Numbered from the whole stretch's first letter, positions 13,005 to 26,476 are shown. The stretch: DNA of 62,388 nt, filler included, from Intoshia linei (GCA_001642005.1; 11 parts of 11 records of this genome joined end to end with filler, not necessarily neighbours in it); one strand, 5' to 3'. Numbers and translations are program-made. The notes: generated by a model not told the origin, from the sequence alone.

Positions 13005-13717
13005 CTTGACAAGTGTTGATACTGATTGAACCATCGGAACTAGCACAGGCTAAAACCAATCCTATATTCGGTGGTCCCCAAACAATTGAATTGACTAATT
13101 GGAAAAATCAGTAGTATAAGCAAGAATAAAATACCTGACGCGCTGTGTTGATTAATCACATGATACGTCATCCATGAAGCATTTTGTTCGTCCTGCTTCC
13201 ATATAATGACTGTTTTATCCTGACTACACGATGCAAGCATCACATCATGCCAACTTCTAGGATGACTCCATGCAACCTATTTGTACAAAATGAAAAGAAA
13301 GCTCTTACAAACCTCCCAGACAGCTCCAGTATGTCTATAAATATGCAAATTAGACACTAGTGGATTCATGAACCATAAAATTCAAAATTAAATGTTACCC
13401 TTTTAAATCACAAATGTGTTTTTTGACAGTATCGTTAATTTTATAAATTTTTATTAATTTATCAGATGAACACGACGCCAAATACTCTCCATAAAAGTCA
13501 ATGGCTATATGGTGCTATAAAATACAATATATTTATAAATAATTAACATAAATACAACAAGGTCTTTATGCTTGGTTTCAAATTTTTCAATGTAATCCAA
13601 CTAAAATTTAAATTTCAAATTAACAAAATTGATAATTGATATTTTATGCGCAATGGTCCAAAAAATATGAATAAGTAGAAAAAAATTTTTCAGGGTAACG
13701 TACTTTTTACAACCATT
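13005..13717 (-). CDS. SEC13: Protein SEC13 homolog (WD40), 5' half; exons 13715-13717 (ATG only, inferred), 13556-13600, 13399-13514, 13313-13334, 13135-13276, 13005-13094
   Basis: Spliced: LDYIEKFETKHKDLVHHIAIDFYGEYLASCSSDKLIKIY...DLKGHTGAVWEVAWSHP...MLASCSQDKTVIIWKQ...[30 protein letters not shown]; all introns GT-AG with consistent phase. Confidence 0.9.
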
Positions 13718-14008
13718 AATTTCCTAGTAACGATAGATCATAGTCAAACAATATGCTAAATGTTTTATTATTCCAATTTAGGAAATAATCACATACAAAA
13801 TGTACTAATAAATTAATCAATTAAATTTAAAACGCAATAAATAAATAAAGATGTAAAAATATATCAAGAAATAATTTATAAAAACCTTCATCAATCTAAT
13901 AAAGTTAGTTAAATTTAAAACGCCTTGACAATATGATATCAAATAAATTTTATTTTACAATTTATACAACAGATATATTTCTTGAATAAAACGAAAATTC
14001 GAATATCT

Positions 14009-17000
14009 TCATGTTTTAGTTTCATTGATTAAATTCAAGTGTGTTGATATATTTTTAAGTTTGTTGGTATGTTCTTTCAATTCCACATTAGACTTCACAA
14101 TACTTTCCTGTTTCTAAAAGTATATACAGGTTAATTCCTAATTAGCAGACTGAATTTTTCTGTATAACAAAAATTCCGTTAAATTTTATCGTATAATGAC
14201 CAGCATCATAATTATATAAAAACGTTTTCGGTTCAAATTAAAAGCTTTAGATACATAAAAGATTTTATTTTCTTTTTGATTAATAATGATATAATGGTTG
14301 AATATTAATTATATGAAATGAAATCCAAATATAGGCGAAGTTGAATGAAAATCAAAATATTTTCATTTTGTCATTGTTTTAATGCAATGGTTCAAATACT
14401 GTGTACGGACCCCAATTTCAAAATATTAATTTTTTTGAACTCCAAGGGAAAACTGAAATATAAAACATTGATGAATAAATAAAAGATTGTTCATAAAATT
14501 TAGTAAAATCATGTTTTTCAAATAAATAATGGAAAAATAGGACATCTCTGTTAAGCATTGGTAATATCGCAGTTTTATTTTGGGGTGGAGTAAGAGGTTT
14601 TTCTCATTCAGATTTGGTAAAATCGTTTTTTTTCAAAAATACATTTCAAATAAGGGTATTTTTCTATTAAGGGTATTTTTCTATTAAGGGTTGTAAAATA
14701 GTATTTTTATTTTGATTAAATGGTTTTTTTAGAAAGGTTTTGTAAAATCGAATTTTTGAAATAACCATCTAGCGATCGTCTAGGCCAGGGGTCTAAACGG
14801 GGCGGTAAAAATTATATTTAAAATTTATTTAAATTGAAAACTATTTAATATGTTTAATTATATATAATATATAAAAAACAATATTAATCCTGACAATTTA
14901 AAATGCTACGGCGATTATTTGAGCCTATCAAAAAATAATATAATTATTCGCTTTAAAGATATTATTGACTTGAAAATTGAAAACGTGGATAATCAATGCA
15001 TTTATTACTGATATTACTCAAGTTGTCGTGAATTACCAAAAAGAATTAGTTGAATTAAAAAAATTATGAAACGTCTTTTATTATTTTCAAAGAAGGTGGA
15101 TACATAAAAATGCGGTAAAGATGTTTAATGCCAAATTTGGAACAAAATAGAATTGTTACTTTTAGCATTCCCTTCAACATACCTGGTAGAATCTGCGTTT
15201 AGTTTAGTTTTAAATATAGTCACTAAGCAGAGAAACCGACTAAATATTGTCAATCGTGGAGACCTGCGATTAAATCTTACTAATTTTAAAACGGATATAA
15301 AAAAAAATTCTGCGAATCACCAAGCCCAAAATTCTCATTAAACAATAATTATTTTAACTTGTAAATTAATTAACTAATTAATTGTTAGTTAATCCATCAC
15401 TAAGTTGCCTTTTTTATTTATTATCCATAGATACACTATAATTTTTTATTTTGGGGGCGTTAGCTTAGAAAAGTTTGAGTACCCCTGGTCTAGGCTTTGG
15501 GATAATAAACATCTAGAATCTCCGTAATAAATATTAAAAATTCTTATATTAAAATAAACAAAAGTTGCACCCTTCTGAAAAATATGGACTTGGGAATTTT
15601 AAACAATACAGTATTATAATGATACAATGAATATATTTTAATCTGCAGATTCTGCAATATCATATACACAATATTTTCAAAAAAATAAGACCACCCATGT
15701 TACAAAGTAAAAAAAATACAAAAATAATGATTACCTGACATAAAACAAGAAAAGAATGTATAAGATTTCCAAGTTTGTTGTGGACATTTGTCTCAATTTC
15801 ATTGTTAATTTCAAGTTGTTGTTTGTATTTTTCAAAATCTAATAAGAATAAAGTCTTTTCTTTACATACACATAACCAGGACCCCATGACGGGCCTACTA
15901 TTCTAATTTAATGAAAATTTTTTTCGACACCCAACCCCTCAGAAGATATCAGATACGGTGGCTTTGGTTTTGAAATACATTACTAGATATAAATATTACC
16001 TGAAACAAAGTCTATCATAACAACACTAAAATTATTCATATTACTGTAATTATATTTCCCATTAGCGAGATAAAGAGTAAAATACTTAACAATTGTATTG
16101 AATTTCTAAAAACATTAGTCAAAAGATGATAAATTAAAACTTAAAAACCTTTAAAAAGTTTTCCTGGTTATTAATTTGTATGGAAAAGGAATAAATAAGC
16201 CAAATTTTATAATTTTGTGGATAAATTTCAATTAATTGGAGACAAATAGTTTCACACAATTTTCCCATTTTGTCCATTTCATTTTGAGAGCAATTAAGAC
16301 ATGTTAAATAAATATTGACAAATTGAGTAATATAATTTAAATTACACCAATTCTTATTCATACCAATAACAGTAGAAATGGAATTATAACTTTCAATGAA
16401 ATTTTTAGATTGCAAAGAAATAATGAGCTTATTTTCCCATAATTTTGGATTTGAAAAATTTAACTTGATAGCCTCATTTATTATAGCCAAAGCCCTAGGC
16501 AAATCACCAGTCTGTCGATACAAGGAAGCAAGATTGCACCAAACATTTTCAGTTGGTTGTAATTTGGAACATACTTGAAAAGCTTCTATAGCTCTTATAA
16601 AAATTTCGAGTTTTATACACACAGAGCCAAGTTGAAACCATGCTTCGTGTTTAACATAGTTGATAGTCACGCATTTTTCAAAATATTCTTTAGATTTTAA
16701 GAGAGATTCTTTACTTGAATCTTTACTTTGTAAATTTCCTTTAATGTACCATGCTCTCCAATGTGTATCAGATAATTTTAAAGCAGAATCTGCATGTTTA
16801 ATGTCTTGTGTAACTTCAGCTAACCAGCAGTATAATTGGGGTGTTGGATTATTTTCTAATCTAGCCCTAATTAATTTTTCTACAAGATGGACTTTATTTG
16901 TGGCACTGAGGCAAAGAATAACATGCTTCCAATCATTTAATTTTTCAAAAATTACCAAAGCTTTGTTAAATAAACCTAGGCAAACTAAAATTAGTCCAGT

Positions 17001-20000
17001 ATCCTTTTGTATTAAACCGACAGGGTCTTGACTAGAAATATAGTACATATTTACACTTTTTTCTATTTTTTCCTGAAATTTTTCATTACTTCTCGAACCT
17101 GACAAATACATGTTCAATTCCTCCATTTGACATAATGATCTCGTAGTTTTGCTAGACTTTTCATATTCATTCATGGAACGTCTATGCAAAGCGTCTATTC
17201 GAATGTAACTACTAGTTTTATCTTGTTGCAATACAAAATCTAAATAGGCTCTAATTTCATCCTTTTTGCCATCCTCTGTATAACCCAAAAATCTGGTTCT
17301 CATCGTTGCTGCCATAAAAATGCATTGGACGAATAAGCTTACACTTTGAGACTCAAATTTTGGTTCAAATTCAATATTATCCAGAAATGTATCATCTTGT
17401 AATTCGTGCATTTTAATATCAATTTGTTTACCAGAGCAAAATGGTTTGATTAAAACATTCTTATTACTAGATTTTACATGAGCAATTAATTGTGATGTTG
17501 GCTCGATCTGGAATTTTGTCCTTTTCCCCATTTTACCATCCAAAGTGATATTAAATTGTTTAAACAATTTGTTGAGTCTGTCTTGAGCCGTATTTTCCAT
17601 GAATAATACGTCATATATAAATAATTCTAGTGATTTAACGTCATCAACAATTCTTGATATAGTTTCATCAATTTTTGACAATTCCGTTAAATTTTTTTCA
17701 AACCTATTTCTGACTTTAGTATATTTTTCATTCATAGGAATCAAAAGCTTATCAAACATTTTTTGTAGGGTACCGTATGTTCTTAACAACATCCAATCAC
17801 TAAAAATTATCTAAAAAGGAATGCTATTAAATGATTCATAATAGACTTTTTATTTACGATATGTTAAGTTTTAACCTGAAAGGGAAGAGGAGGTTTCAGT
17901 CATGATAATGTGACAATTACAGGTATATAGGTCGCGTAGTTACCAATATAATTTGTTTACAGTGTTGCTTTGAAAAACTTTAAAATTCAATTTTTTATAT
18001 TTTATAATGCTTTATTTTCAATTAAAAAAACAAAAATTAACATAAAAATAAGTAAAGAATGCATTACAATCATTTTTATGTAAATTTAATGTTTATCTAC
18101 AAAAAAATTGACATGAATTTACCTTTTTTCAATGCGTTATAAGAAAATGTTATTTTTCGAAGGATATATTTAAAATGATCACATACAAATTTCAATATTT
18201 TCTATATCTTAGTTTTATTTGTATTAATTATTTAATAATATCCAGAATGACATAATTACATGTTAAAAATGAAAAAAATAATAGTTGTTTACAGTTAATT
18301 TGAATTTTGTAAATTTACAGATCTATAATTTCTTCATTCGAATAGGTCAATTCATTTTTTTTTGAAAATCTGACTTTAAAATTTAATTTCACAATTCGAA
18401 TAAAACTGTTTAGCTTAAACTGTATAGCAACGATTAGAAATCAGTATCAGAAGAACATCCAAGAGGCTAGTTAATGGGATGCGAGTGAAGCAAGCAATAT
18501 ATTTTTTAAAATTTGAAAAATTTTTTTTACGGCGTCTCTTTTAATATCAAGACGTCTAGTTTGATTTTAAAGCGTCTCTTTTAACTTCATTTAAAGGTTG
18601 TTATATAATAATTTCCAAATTTGTATTTTTATGCAAAAATAAAAAAATGATCAGCACAAAAAAAAAGAGAAATTAATTTTGTTCATTAAATCAGACATTC
18701 TCAACTCTTTTTCGCTCTGGACCCCTAAGATGATATTACAAAAAACCTGTGAACCCCCCAAAAAATTAATAATAATGACAGTTTTTAAAGGATCATTACA
18801 TTTGGGTAAACGAATGATGGTCAAAAGACATGGAGTACTCTATTTTTGTGAGATGATAAACTTGATGAACTATTAATATTAACCTTTAACCCGTCAATGT
18901 TTCCAAATGGAACATGTTTTTCAGGTATTGTGTACAGTACATAATTAATTGTATACTACATATTTTATCAAATCAATAAAAATTCTATATTATCTATCTT
19001 TCCTGTGAAAAATTAATATTTTATATCCCTTGGTTGATGTTTCATAGAATCATAAATAATGACTTATTTTTGTCTCATTTTTAATTTGAAATTTAATGCT
19101 TTTTTTATGACTAGAAACTTGGCTCGGTCATAAATTTTAATAAAATAGTTAAATAAAATCGCTGCTCCTAAAATAGAACAATGGAGGTTTCCCAATAAAT
19201 TTTTACACTTGTAAGTAATTTAATTTAATACCAAAGAATTTACTTGTACATGATTTGCACGTTTTATATTAATATTTCTGAGCCTTTGTTTTAAAAACGA
19301 CTTTGTTACTAATAATGTCTATAATATGTAATAAATGTATACAATATTCATGGACCCCAAAAAAGTGCTGTGGACCCTGTTGAGAATGTCTGCATTAAAT
19401 AATGCTAAATCAATTAGGTCCAATCTTCTGCGATGAAGTATTGGAAATTCATTAACCAAACTTTCAAAATCAAAATTATAGTCATAGTGGCAATTTATGA
19501 GGGCCAGTCCACATAGACGATTACCAGTCATTGTTGATCTTAAAAAGGTTTTCAATCTTCTCAAATTGCTAATGGAGAGTGATTGGCAATGTTGCCAAAA
19601 TATTTAAAAGTTGATGAATATTTGCAAACAAATTAGAATTGTAGCTTTTGATTAATTTTATGAGAGTGGTCTTTGAATCAAGTTCTTTTTTTTCATCTAG
19701 TATATTCTGCTTTGAAATATTCATCTACTATTAATGATATTCATGGTAAAAATAATTAATATTTTTCTGCGAATTCTTACAAATCTTTAAAATGACTCGT
19801 TTTAAAATAAGTGGGATGTAGGGAAAATCTTTTCAAAAAAATCTGTTGACCATTGAAAAATCTTCATGTAATTCCATGTAATTAAATGAAATGTAATTAA
19901 TTTGTTATGAGCCATCTATATTATTTTAATAAATTAAAACCTTTTTTAGTTATTTTACAAAACATTAATTAAAAATTTAGGGGGTGCAACTGCATCCCCT

Positions 20001-21760
20001 AAATCCGCCCCTGAGTATAATAGGGTGTCATATCGTCTAAGAATATAGGAAAATTAGTTCTCAAACTGTACATTTATGTAATATTAATAATAGTTTGATT
20101 TTGTAAGCATTTGATGGGCAATTAGCATTCATTTTGTATGATTTTAAAATAGAAAAACTATTTCGTAATGAAAAACATTTAAAACTATCTATTCGTGTTT
20201 CGTTTGTATTTTTAAATTTATCCTGTAAAAATATTAACAAAAAAATATAAAAGAGCAGTGGTTCCAAAATTTTTTCCACTATGGACCATTTGTCACAAAA
20301 AAAAATCCTTAATCCTGAACACATCACTAAAATAATAAATATGAATAATAATAAATAAACGATAATGAATAATATTCTAATTTAATATTATTGTTAAAAA
20401 AGATTATCTTCATTTTATTTAAAATTTTTCTTGTGAACCACTCCCCAGAGTATAATAACAATAAATTTAAAAATTGATAAATAAATTTATAATTAAAATT
20501 GAAATATTTCACATGTTGTCAATAATGACATGATAGATTCAATTTTTTTCGACATTAAATTTATTATAAGTTTAAACGTATGTCATATTTCATATGAATA
20601 TCGTTTTTGAGTGTTGCTCAGTGTAATTTACTGATTGATTCATTTATTGGAAGTAATGTTAATGTTTTCACCTTTTCTGTCAAAATGTAATGATTCAAAT
20701 GTAATGATTTAAAATGGAGAGGTACTGGTATGGATCGTAATCAAATCAAAAATTTAGACTGGGAAGGGCGTTAATAAATAAAAATTGCTTACAAATAATG
20801 TTCTCTCATATCCATCAGAGTGATCAAACGCGTCGTAATCAAAAGTATACATATTGGCAATTTTCTCGAATACACAATGAGCAAAATACCATAAAGAAGG
20901 TTGTATAATCCATGAAGGAATTTCGTCAACAGAAATAAGTAAAGATATCTGTTCAAGTAGGACAATTGATTTGTTGCTTAAATCAACATTATCAAACAAA
21001 CCATAATTATTGAAATCTTCTGGAACATTAATTGCATTAGCTCCAAAATTAGCAGAGACAAATGCGTCCAAAGCTAATTTAGCAATCATACTAAACCGCA
21101 ACAAACTAAAAGATGTAATGTATACGACGTGTATTGTACGTATTCAGAGAAATAGAATAAAAATATTCATACGTCAAGACAGAGCCGAACCTACCATGCT
21201 TGAGGCCACGAAAATCGAAAATTTTGCAAACAATGCGTAATGTCATATAACGCTAGCCGACTACACATAGTTATGGGGTTGGACATGAGATTACATTTAA
21301 CACAAAATATTATAGTTGACTTTGTAAAAAATAATTTTTTGAAATTTTGAAACAATTTGACAAAACGAGACTTCCGGAAGTCGAAGAGGAGTCTCGCGTA
21401 CGGTAGCTTCGGCTCTGCGTCAAGATATCAATTAATGTACCTTATCTGCCAAAACACACCGTTTATAAAAAGTAAATGGTAATATTTTCATAAATTGTTC
21501 ATAAATTAAAAATACCTTTCACTAGTCACGTTTGATTTAGTGTAAATAAGGATGTCATCGAGATTTTTCAATTTGGGTAATACTTTTTCGTCATTTTTTG
21601 CTTTAATACCTTAAATTAATTTTTTTATATTAAAACATTCATAAAATAGTTTAGAATAATCATTGCTAATACCGAGTTCATTATTTTCACATTTTGATCG
21701 TTTTGTGTCTACTATACCTCCCAATGTATATATAGTAAAATTTTCTAAACTAATACTCAT
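14009..21760 (-). CDS. TTC27: Tetratricopeptide repeat protein 27; main exon about 16150-17810, N-terminal exons 20580-21760, last exon 14009-14113
   Basis: ORF 16134-17792 has GKMGKRTKFQ and LQDDTFLDNIEF (TTC27 motifs) and C-terminal TPRs (AWFQLGSVCIKLE, VWCNLASLY, LWEN); exon at 20754-21104 LDAFVSANFG resembles the TTC27 N-terminal LxxFVQxNWTG; start codon and small exons uncertain. Confidence 0.85.
14786..15487 (+). mobile_element. hAT Buster/Charlie deletion derivative in the last TTC27 intron
   Basis: Ends CAGGGGTC...TACCCCTG; perfect TSD gtctaggc with central TA; ORF 15153-15341 AFPSTYLVESAFS...KQRNRL...GDLRL...HQAQNSH is a Buster transposase C-terminus. Confidence 0.92.
19400..20013 (-). 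mobile_element. hAT-Tip100/ZMYM1-like transposase relic
   Basis: RRLKTFLRSTMTGNRLCGLALINCH is the hAT C-terminal dimerisation motif; terminus CAGGGGCGGATTTA on the minus strand at 20013. Confidence 0.85.
21180..21417. mobile_element. hAT MITE in a TTC27 intron
   Basis: TIR CAGAGCCGAACCTACC / GGTAGCTTCGGCTCTG (15/16); perfect 8-bp TSD cgtcaaga. Confidence 0.92.
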
Positions 21761-23001
21761 TTGAATGATATTTAATATTTACTATGGATACCTTTAAAAA
21801 TATTTTAGTATTGAGTCAAAAAGTAATGAATATAAAATAACTATAATATACTATATTTATGTAATGGAGGGGCTGCAATTTTCGAGTGATTTATGTTGGT
21901 GTCTATTTCTGTTCGATGTTGTTATTTTTTGTATTTTTTTCCTCAACATACGTATTTTGATGAAATGCATTGACACAATTTCTAATGACTTGGTTTGGTG
22001 AATATTATTAAAGTTAGCGATTATTTGTGGCGATTCTTTCACTCGTGCTACTCGGGCTAAGCCCGAGATTTATATTATTATCAAATTTATGATTATTAAA
22101 TTTTAATATTACATAATAAACTGTATAATTATCATAAATATTCATAATTTACGTAACTATCCTTACTTATATAAAGTAAAATGGTTAAAAATGTATTTAT
22201 GTTTATTTATTCCAGTTTATTTAGGAAAATAAAGAGAGCTGAGTTTTAATTCAAACCATGTTATTAAAACAAAAAATTTGAATTAACGGTTATACAATTA
22301 AAAAAAAGTTTATTTTGATACAGCTTATTCCAGTTGATATAAATATAAAATTTCAATCCCAGAAATCTACGCATTCCCTCTTATCATCTGTATTGGAAAA
22401 ATTTATCCACATATACTTTTCAGTTATGACTAAATTTTATTTTAAAATCAAGCATAACTTTAATGTGAAAGAGACATATGTGCGACGCAGTTTTGCAATG
22501 TTACAATGCGGATATATCATGAATCATGATTATGATATATGTACTTGTGTTTGTATTTACGATTTAAATTTTAACCGATCAGATAAATTAAAATGTATCA
22601 AATAGTAAAATTTTTTGTATAAATAATTAGAATTAGCACAAAGAAAAGTATAAAATGCAGTACAATATGTAGAACAAAGTTTTGCAAATTAAAATGAACG
22701 TTTTTACGAATTAAGTTAAATGCTTCATTTTGAAATGTCGTTAATCAAAATACATGTATAAATGTTACAGATAATTAATTTAATTTATGTTATCCTTAAG
22801 ACTTCAGTAGTAAAATGTAGTCATTTGTAATGAGAGTCGTTGTTATAGAACTGCTCCGTGACGCAGTTTCTGGAAAGTCTGATAAAGTTAGTTAATTTGA
22901 TTTTATTTGAAACTTTTAGTTCAGTGTATCTACGCATTATTGATAAAGGTAGTCGTAGTGAATATATATTTAATTTCTAGTATACAAACATTTACTTAAG
23001 T

Positions 23002-23614
23002 ATGAATTTTAATCCTAACCAAGGATTTCCTGGGAACCAAGGAGGTGGTAATCAACGTGACGGCAAAAATATTTTTGGTAATCCGCAAAGACCACCAGGT
23101 TTTCAAGAAAATACAAATTCAATGGGATTTATGGGTGGAATGAATAGCTTCAATCCACCGATTACTGGATACAACCCTAATTCTAATGCACCGTGTCCAC
23201 CATTCGGAGGATCAAACTTTATCCAAAATGTTTCCAGTCAACCTTATGGTCCAGGTGGAATTAATACCCCGCAGACTTTTAATCCTCAAATGAACCCTAT
23301 GCAAGGGTACCCAAACATGCAAACCACTTCTAATATGCAGACTATGCCCAATATGCAGACTATGCCCAATATGCAGACTACCCCTAATTATAGTCCGTAT
23401 AACCAACCTGGTCCAAATTCAGGATATTCAACTCAAGGATACCAGATACCTTCAGTGAATACTTATCAAAATTCTCCTATAGGTGGTAATTTTCAGAGAC
23501 GGATGGATGAATATAAAGGTTTTTTTATTTACATATTTTTATTTTTAAAATTTAGGTATACCAAGTTCCGATTATCCTCCTAAACACAATGGTTTACCGA
23601 AATTGCCTTATTAA
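23002..23614 (+). CDS. Orphan low-complexity N/Q/P/G/M-rich protein, 191 aa; exons 23002-23518, 23556-23614
   Basis: Long GC-elevated ORF; 37-nt GT-AG intron gives C-terminus ...MDEYKGIPSSDYPPKHNGLPKLPY*; tandem NMQT(M/T)(P/S) hexapeptides. Confidence 0.75.
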
Positions 23615-24212
23615 TTATAATTATTATAACTGTTTAATATTTTAATATTAAAAATTATGATAATTTTCTTTAGTTTTTTGACATATAGATAATTATAATA
23701 CAATTATTGTAATGTAGTTATAGTTTTAAGTCCAATGATAATTAAGAGATTAGCATAAAATTTATCATAAATCAGTTTTTCCAACGGCTCACCCTGCAAA
23801 TGTCATGTGTGCCATGAGAAAAATTAAATATATACTACAAGGGGTTTCAACTTTTTTTTTAAATGATTCGCATTTTCTATATTTGATATTATTTATTATT
23901 CACTGACCCAGTGATTAGGACCAGTGACACTGGATCACATTATGGGGCCCATATATTTTTTTATATTGCATTTGAATTGTTTTTATTTTTATTATATAAC
24001 TTGCGTATATTTAATTAATAATAATTAATATTAAGGTTGACAATTAATAATATGTACGATGTATAAAAATTATGTAAGTTTATTTATTTGTCTGTTACTA
24101 TTTATTAACGAAAGTAAGACGCATACAATTTTAAAAATACCCATTTCTAATACAATGGTTGGAGGGGATGTTTTATCGCTAGTTTCATTTTCAGAAATTC
24201 AGTCCTTCTAGA

Positions 24213-25202
24213 TCAGGGTTTCTTAACCTTTTTTAAATTTGGTACCCCGTTAGCCAGATCAATTATTTCCAGCACACCTGCAAAAATAAAAAATGATACC
24301 TTAAAATTCAACTTAAAAATCGTATTTTATTGAGATTTAAAAAAATCATCCTATTGAACATAATCAATAAATGAACATATAAGCAGGAATTGATGAGATT
24401 TAAATTATATATGATGTCAATTATGATTTTCTGGAATATATAAAAGTAACAAAACCATGGAATTAAAAAAATATTTTAATTTACATAATAAATTTGTGAT
24501 GAATCATTACTGATGATATACTTAATGAGAGTTTTGTTGTTGTTTATCGTAAACAAGTTTATCATGTCTGGTTTTGTTTGAGATAAACCAACTCTCATAT
24601 CGTGTGACAACTTATCCCCCCATATATCTACTTTTCGATTTTTGGTTATATCGTGCTCTCTTAATGCGAAAATTCTCAATAAATCTATTTTCATCATTTG
24701 GATGTTTTTCTATTCGTTTTAAGAGACGAATTACAAGGTTTAAGATTGGAATTACACATTACAAAATGACAATTCATGCATTGAGCTATATCATGCTTCC
24801 CACTTTCTATAAGTCCAGTAAATCCATACCTTACGTATTCATTGTTCCATTTGCGAATTTTTTGCATAATTATTTATGGATAAAAGTGTTGAAACCTTGG
24901 TGAAGTTAACTATTACAAAGTTTAACTGTTTACAAATTTAATTAACTGTTGATAACTCGATCTCACTTTTGACAACTTTCGTTAGTAAACAATTCGTTAT
25001 GAGACAATTTTCAATTTGAATATCAATAGTAGACAATAATTCGTGAATTATTACTATTGACGATTTAATATTAGACAAATAAAATAAAAAGAACATTTTT
25101 ATATTTACATTGTTTACATTACAGTTTGAACATTTAAATTTGATTGATTTGAAATTGTCTAACTCTCAAAAAAACCATTGACTTTTTGCATTTTAAACTA
25201 AT
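24213..25202 (-). mobile_element. hAT Buster/Charlie transposase relic
   Basis: Terminus CAGGGTTTCTTAACCTTTT at 24213; minus-strand fragments DMRVGLSQTKPD and KQQQNSH* match the Buster C-terminus. Confidence 0.75.
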
Positions 25203-26049
25203 NNNNNNNNNNNNNNNNNNNNNNNNNNNNNNNNNNNNNNNNNNNNTTAATTAATTAANNNNNNNNNNNNNNNNNNNNNNNNNNNNNNNNNNNNNNNNNN
25301 NNTAAAATATTTTAAATAGACCTTGAATAAAATCTCATTTTAACTTTTCAATTTGAGGTAAAATAATATATTGCATTATGATCAGATGTATTGCCCACGG
25401 CCGCACATAAACGCTCTCACGGTTGCACGTTGTGCACCCCTGGTCTATAGTATCCATACTCCATAGACTCCATAATCATCTGATGATTATGACTGTTTGA
25501 TATTTATATTATATAAAATTGAATTTCTGTGTATGTTACCGTTTAATAATTTGTGAAATTAAGAGTTTTAGAATTACAAAAAAAAAATTATCGAACTCAT
25601 TGGTGAGGACTGTCTTAAAACTATGCGTGTTATATACTTCATATGGAGTAGTTTGAGAAAATATAGAAATGCTAACAAATTTCAAATTATTAACACGGAT
25701 AGTGTTAATATGTATCTTATTTAATACTATCTAGAAAAAAATGAAATTTTTTAAAAAAAGATGATTTTTACTGGGTGAAATATTGAGGCCAATTTGGCTA
25801 CATACTGCCAACTAACCGCATTTTATCACTATTAAATTACATTAATATTCAATAATTAATTGAGCCTTATAATTAATTCTTTGAACGGATTGATACAATA
25901 ATACTAACCTAATTTCGTTAGAAAAGATTCTGTTAAACGGATTTTAAAGGGCCTATATTTTAATAATTTTTTTGAGAAAACACTTGAAATTATGGACATT
26001 AGACAGACTATTGAAAATAAAATTGAGTATAATAATTAAAAAAATATAC

Positions 26050-26476
26050 AGGATTCAAAACATAATCACCAGTTTTCATTAAATTTGATTGGAATACATT
26101 AATCCTATCTAAAATTAAAGTTAAAAATTACCAATAACAATTTACCAGTCATTTTCCATAATTTTTGTTTCGATAATGTTGGCATTGAAATTTCGAGAGC
26201 ACCACAATCGCTCATAAAAATTCTCAAAACATTTTTAATCTTCTCGACTACCCTGAAACCCAGTGGTAATAAACTGTATAAACCGTTAGAATTTACGCCG
26301 ACATAACCATAATTAATTAACTTCTAGACACGAAATTTAAAAAGGCTCAAACAACGATTAATGAAAAATACATTTATGGCATCATTTGTTCGATGTAAAT
26401 GAATAGTTGAAAATGAAGGAAACATCTTTGAACAAAGCGTAACTTGTCGATATCCATTATTTAACCTAAAACCCAT
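26050..26476 (-). CDS. PARS2: Mitochondrial (bacterial-type) prolyl-tRNA synthetase, 5' part only (3 exons)
   Basis: Spliced KLINYGYVGVNSNGLYSLLPLGFRVVEKIKNVLRIFMSDCGALEISMPTLSKQKLWKMT...YVLNP matches ProRS motif 1 (G.Y..LPLG.RV..K......M...GA.E..MP); basic N-terminal leader; THEE and motif 2 not found. Confidence 0.8.

Noticed and set aside
16396-17814. Plus-strand ORFs overlapping TTC27
   Set aside because: Antisense shadows of a real coding exon
21180-21417. Structured intronic ncRNA (snoRNA, RNase P/MRP)
   Set aside because: The closing stem is a TIR pair flanked by a perfect 8-bp TSD, so it is a MITE
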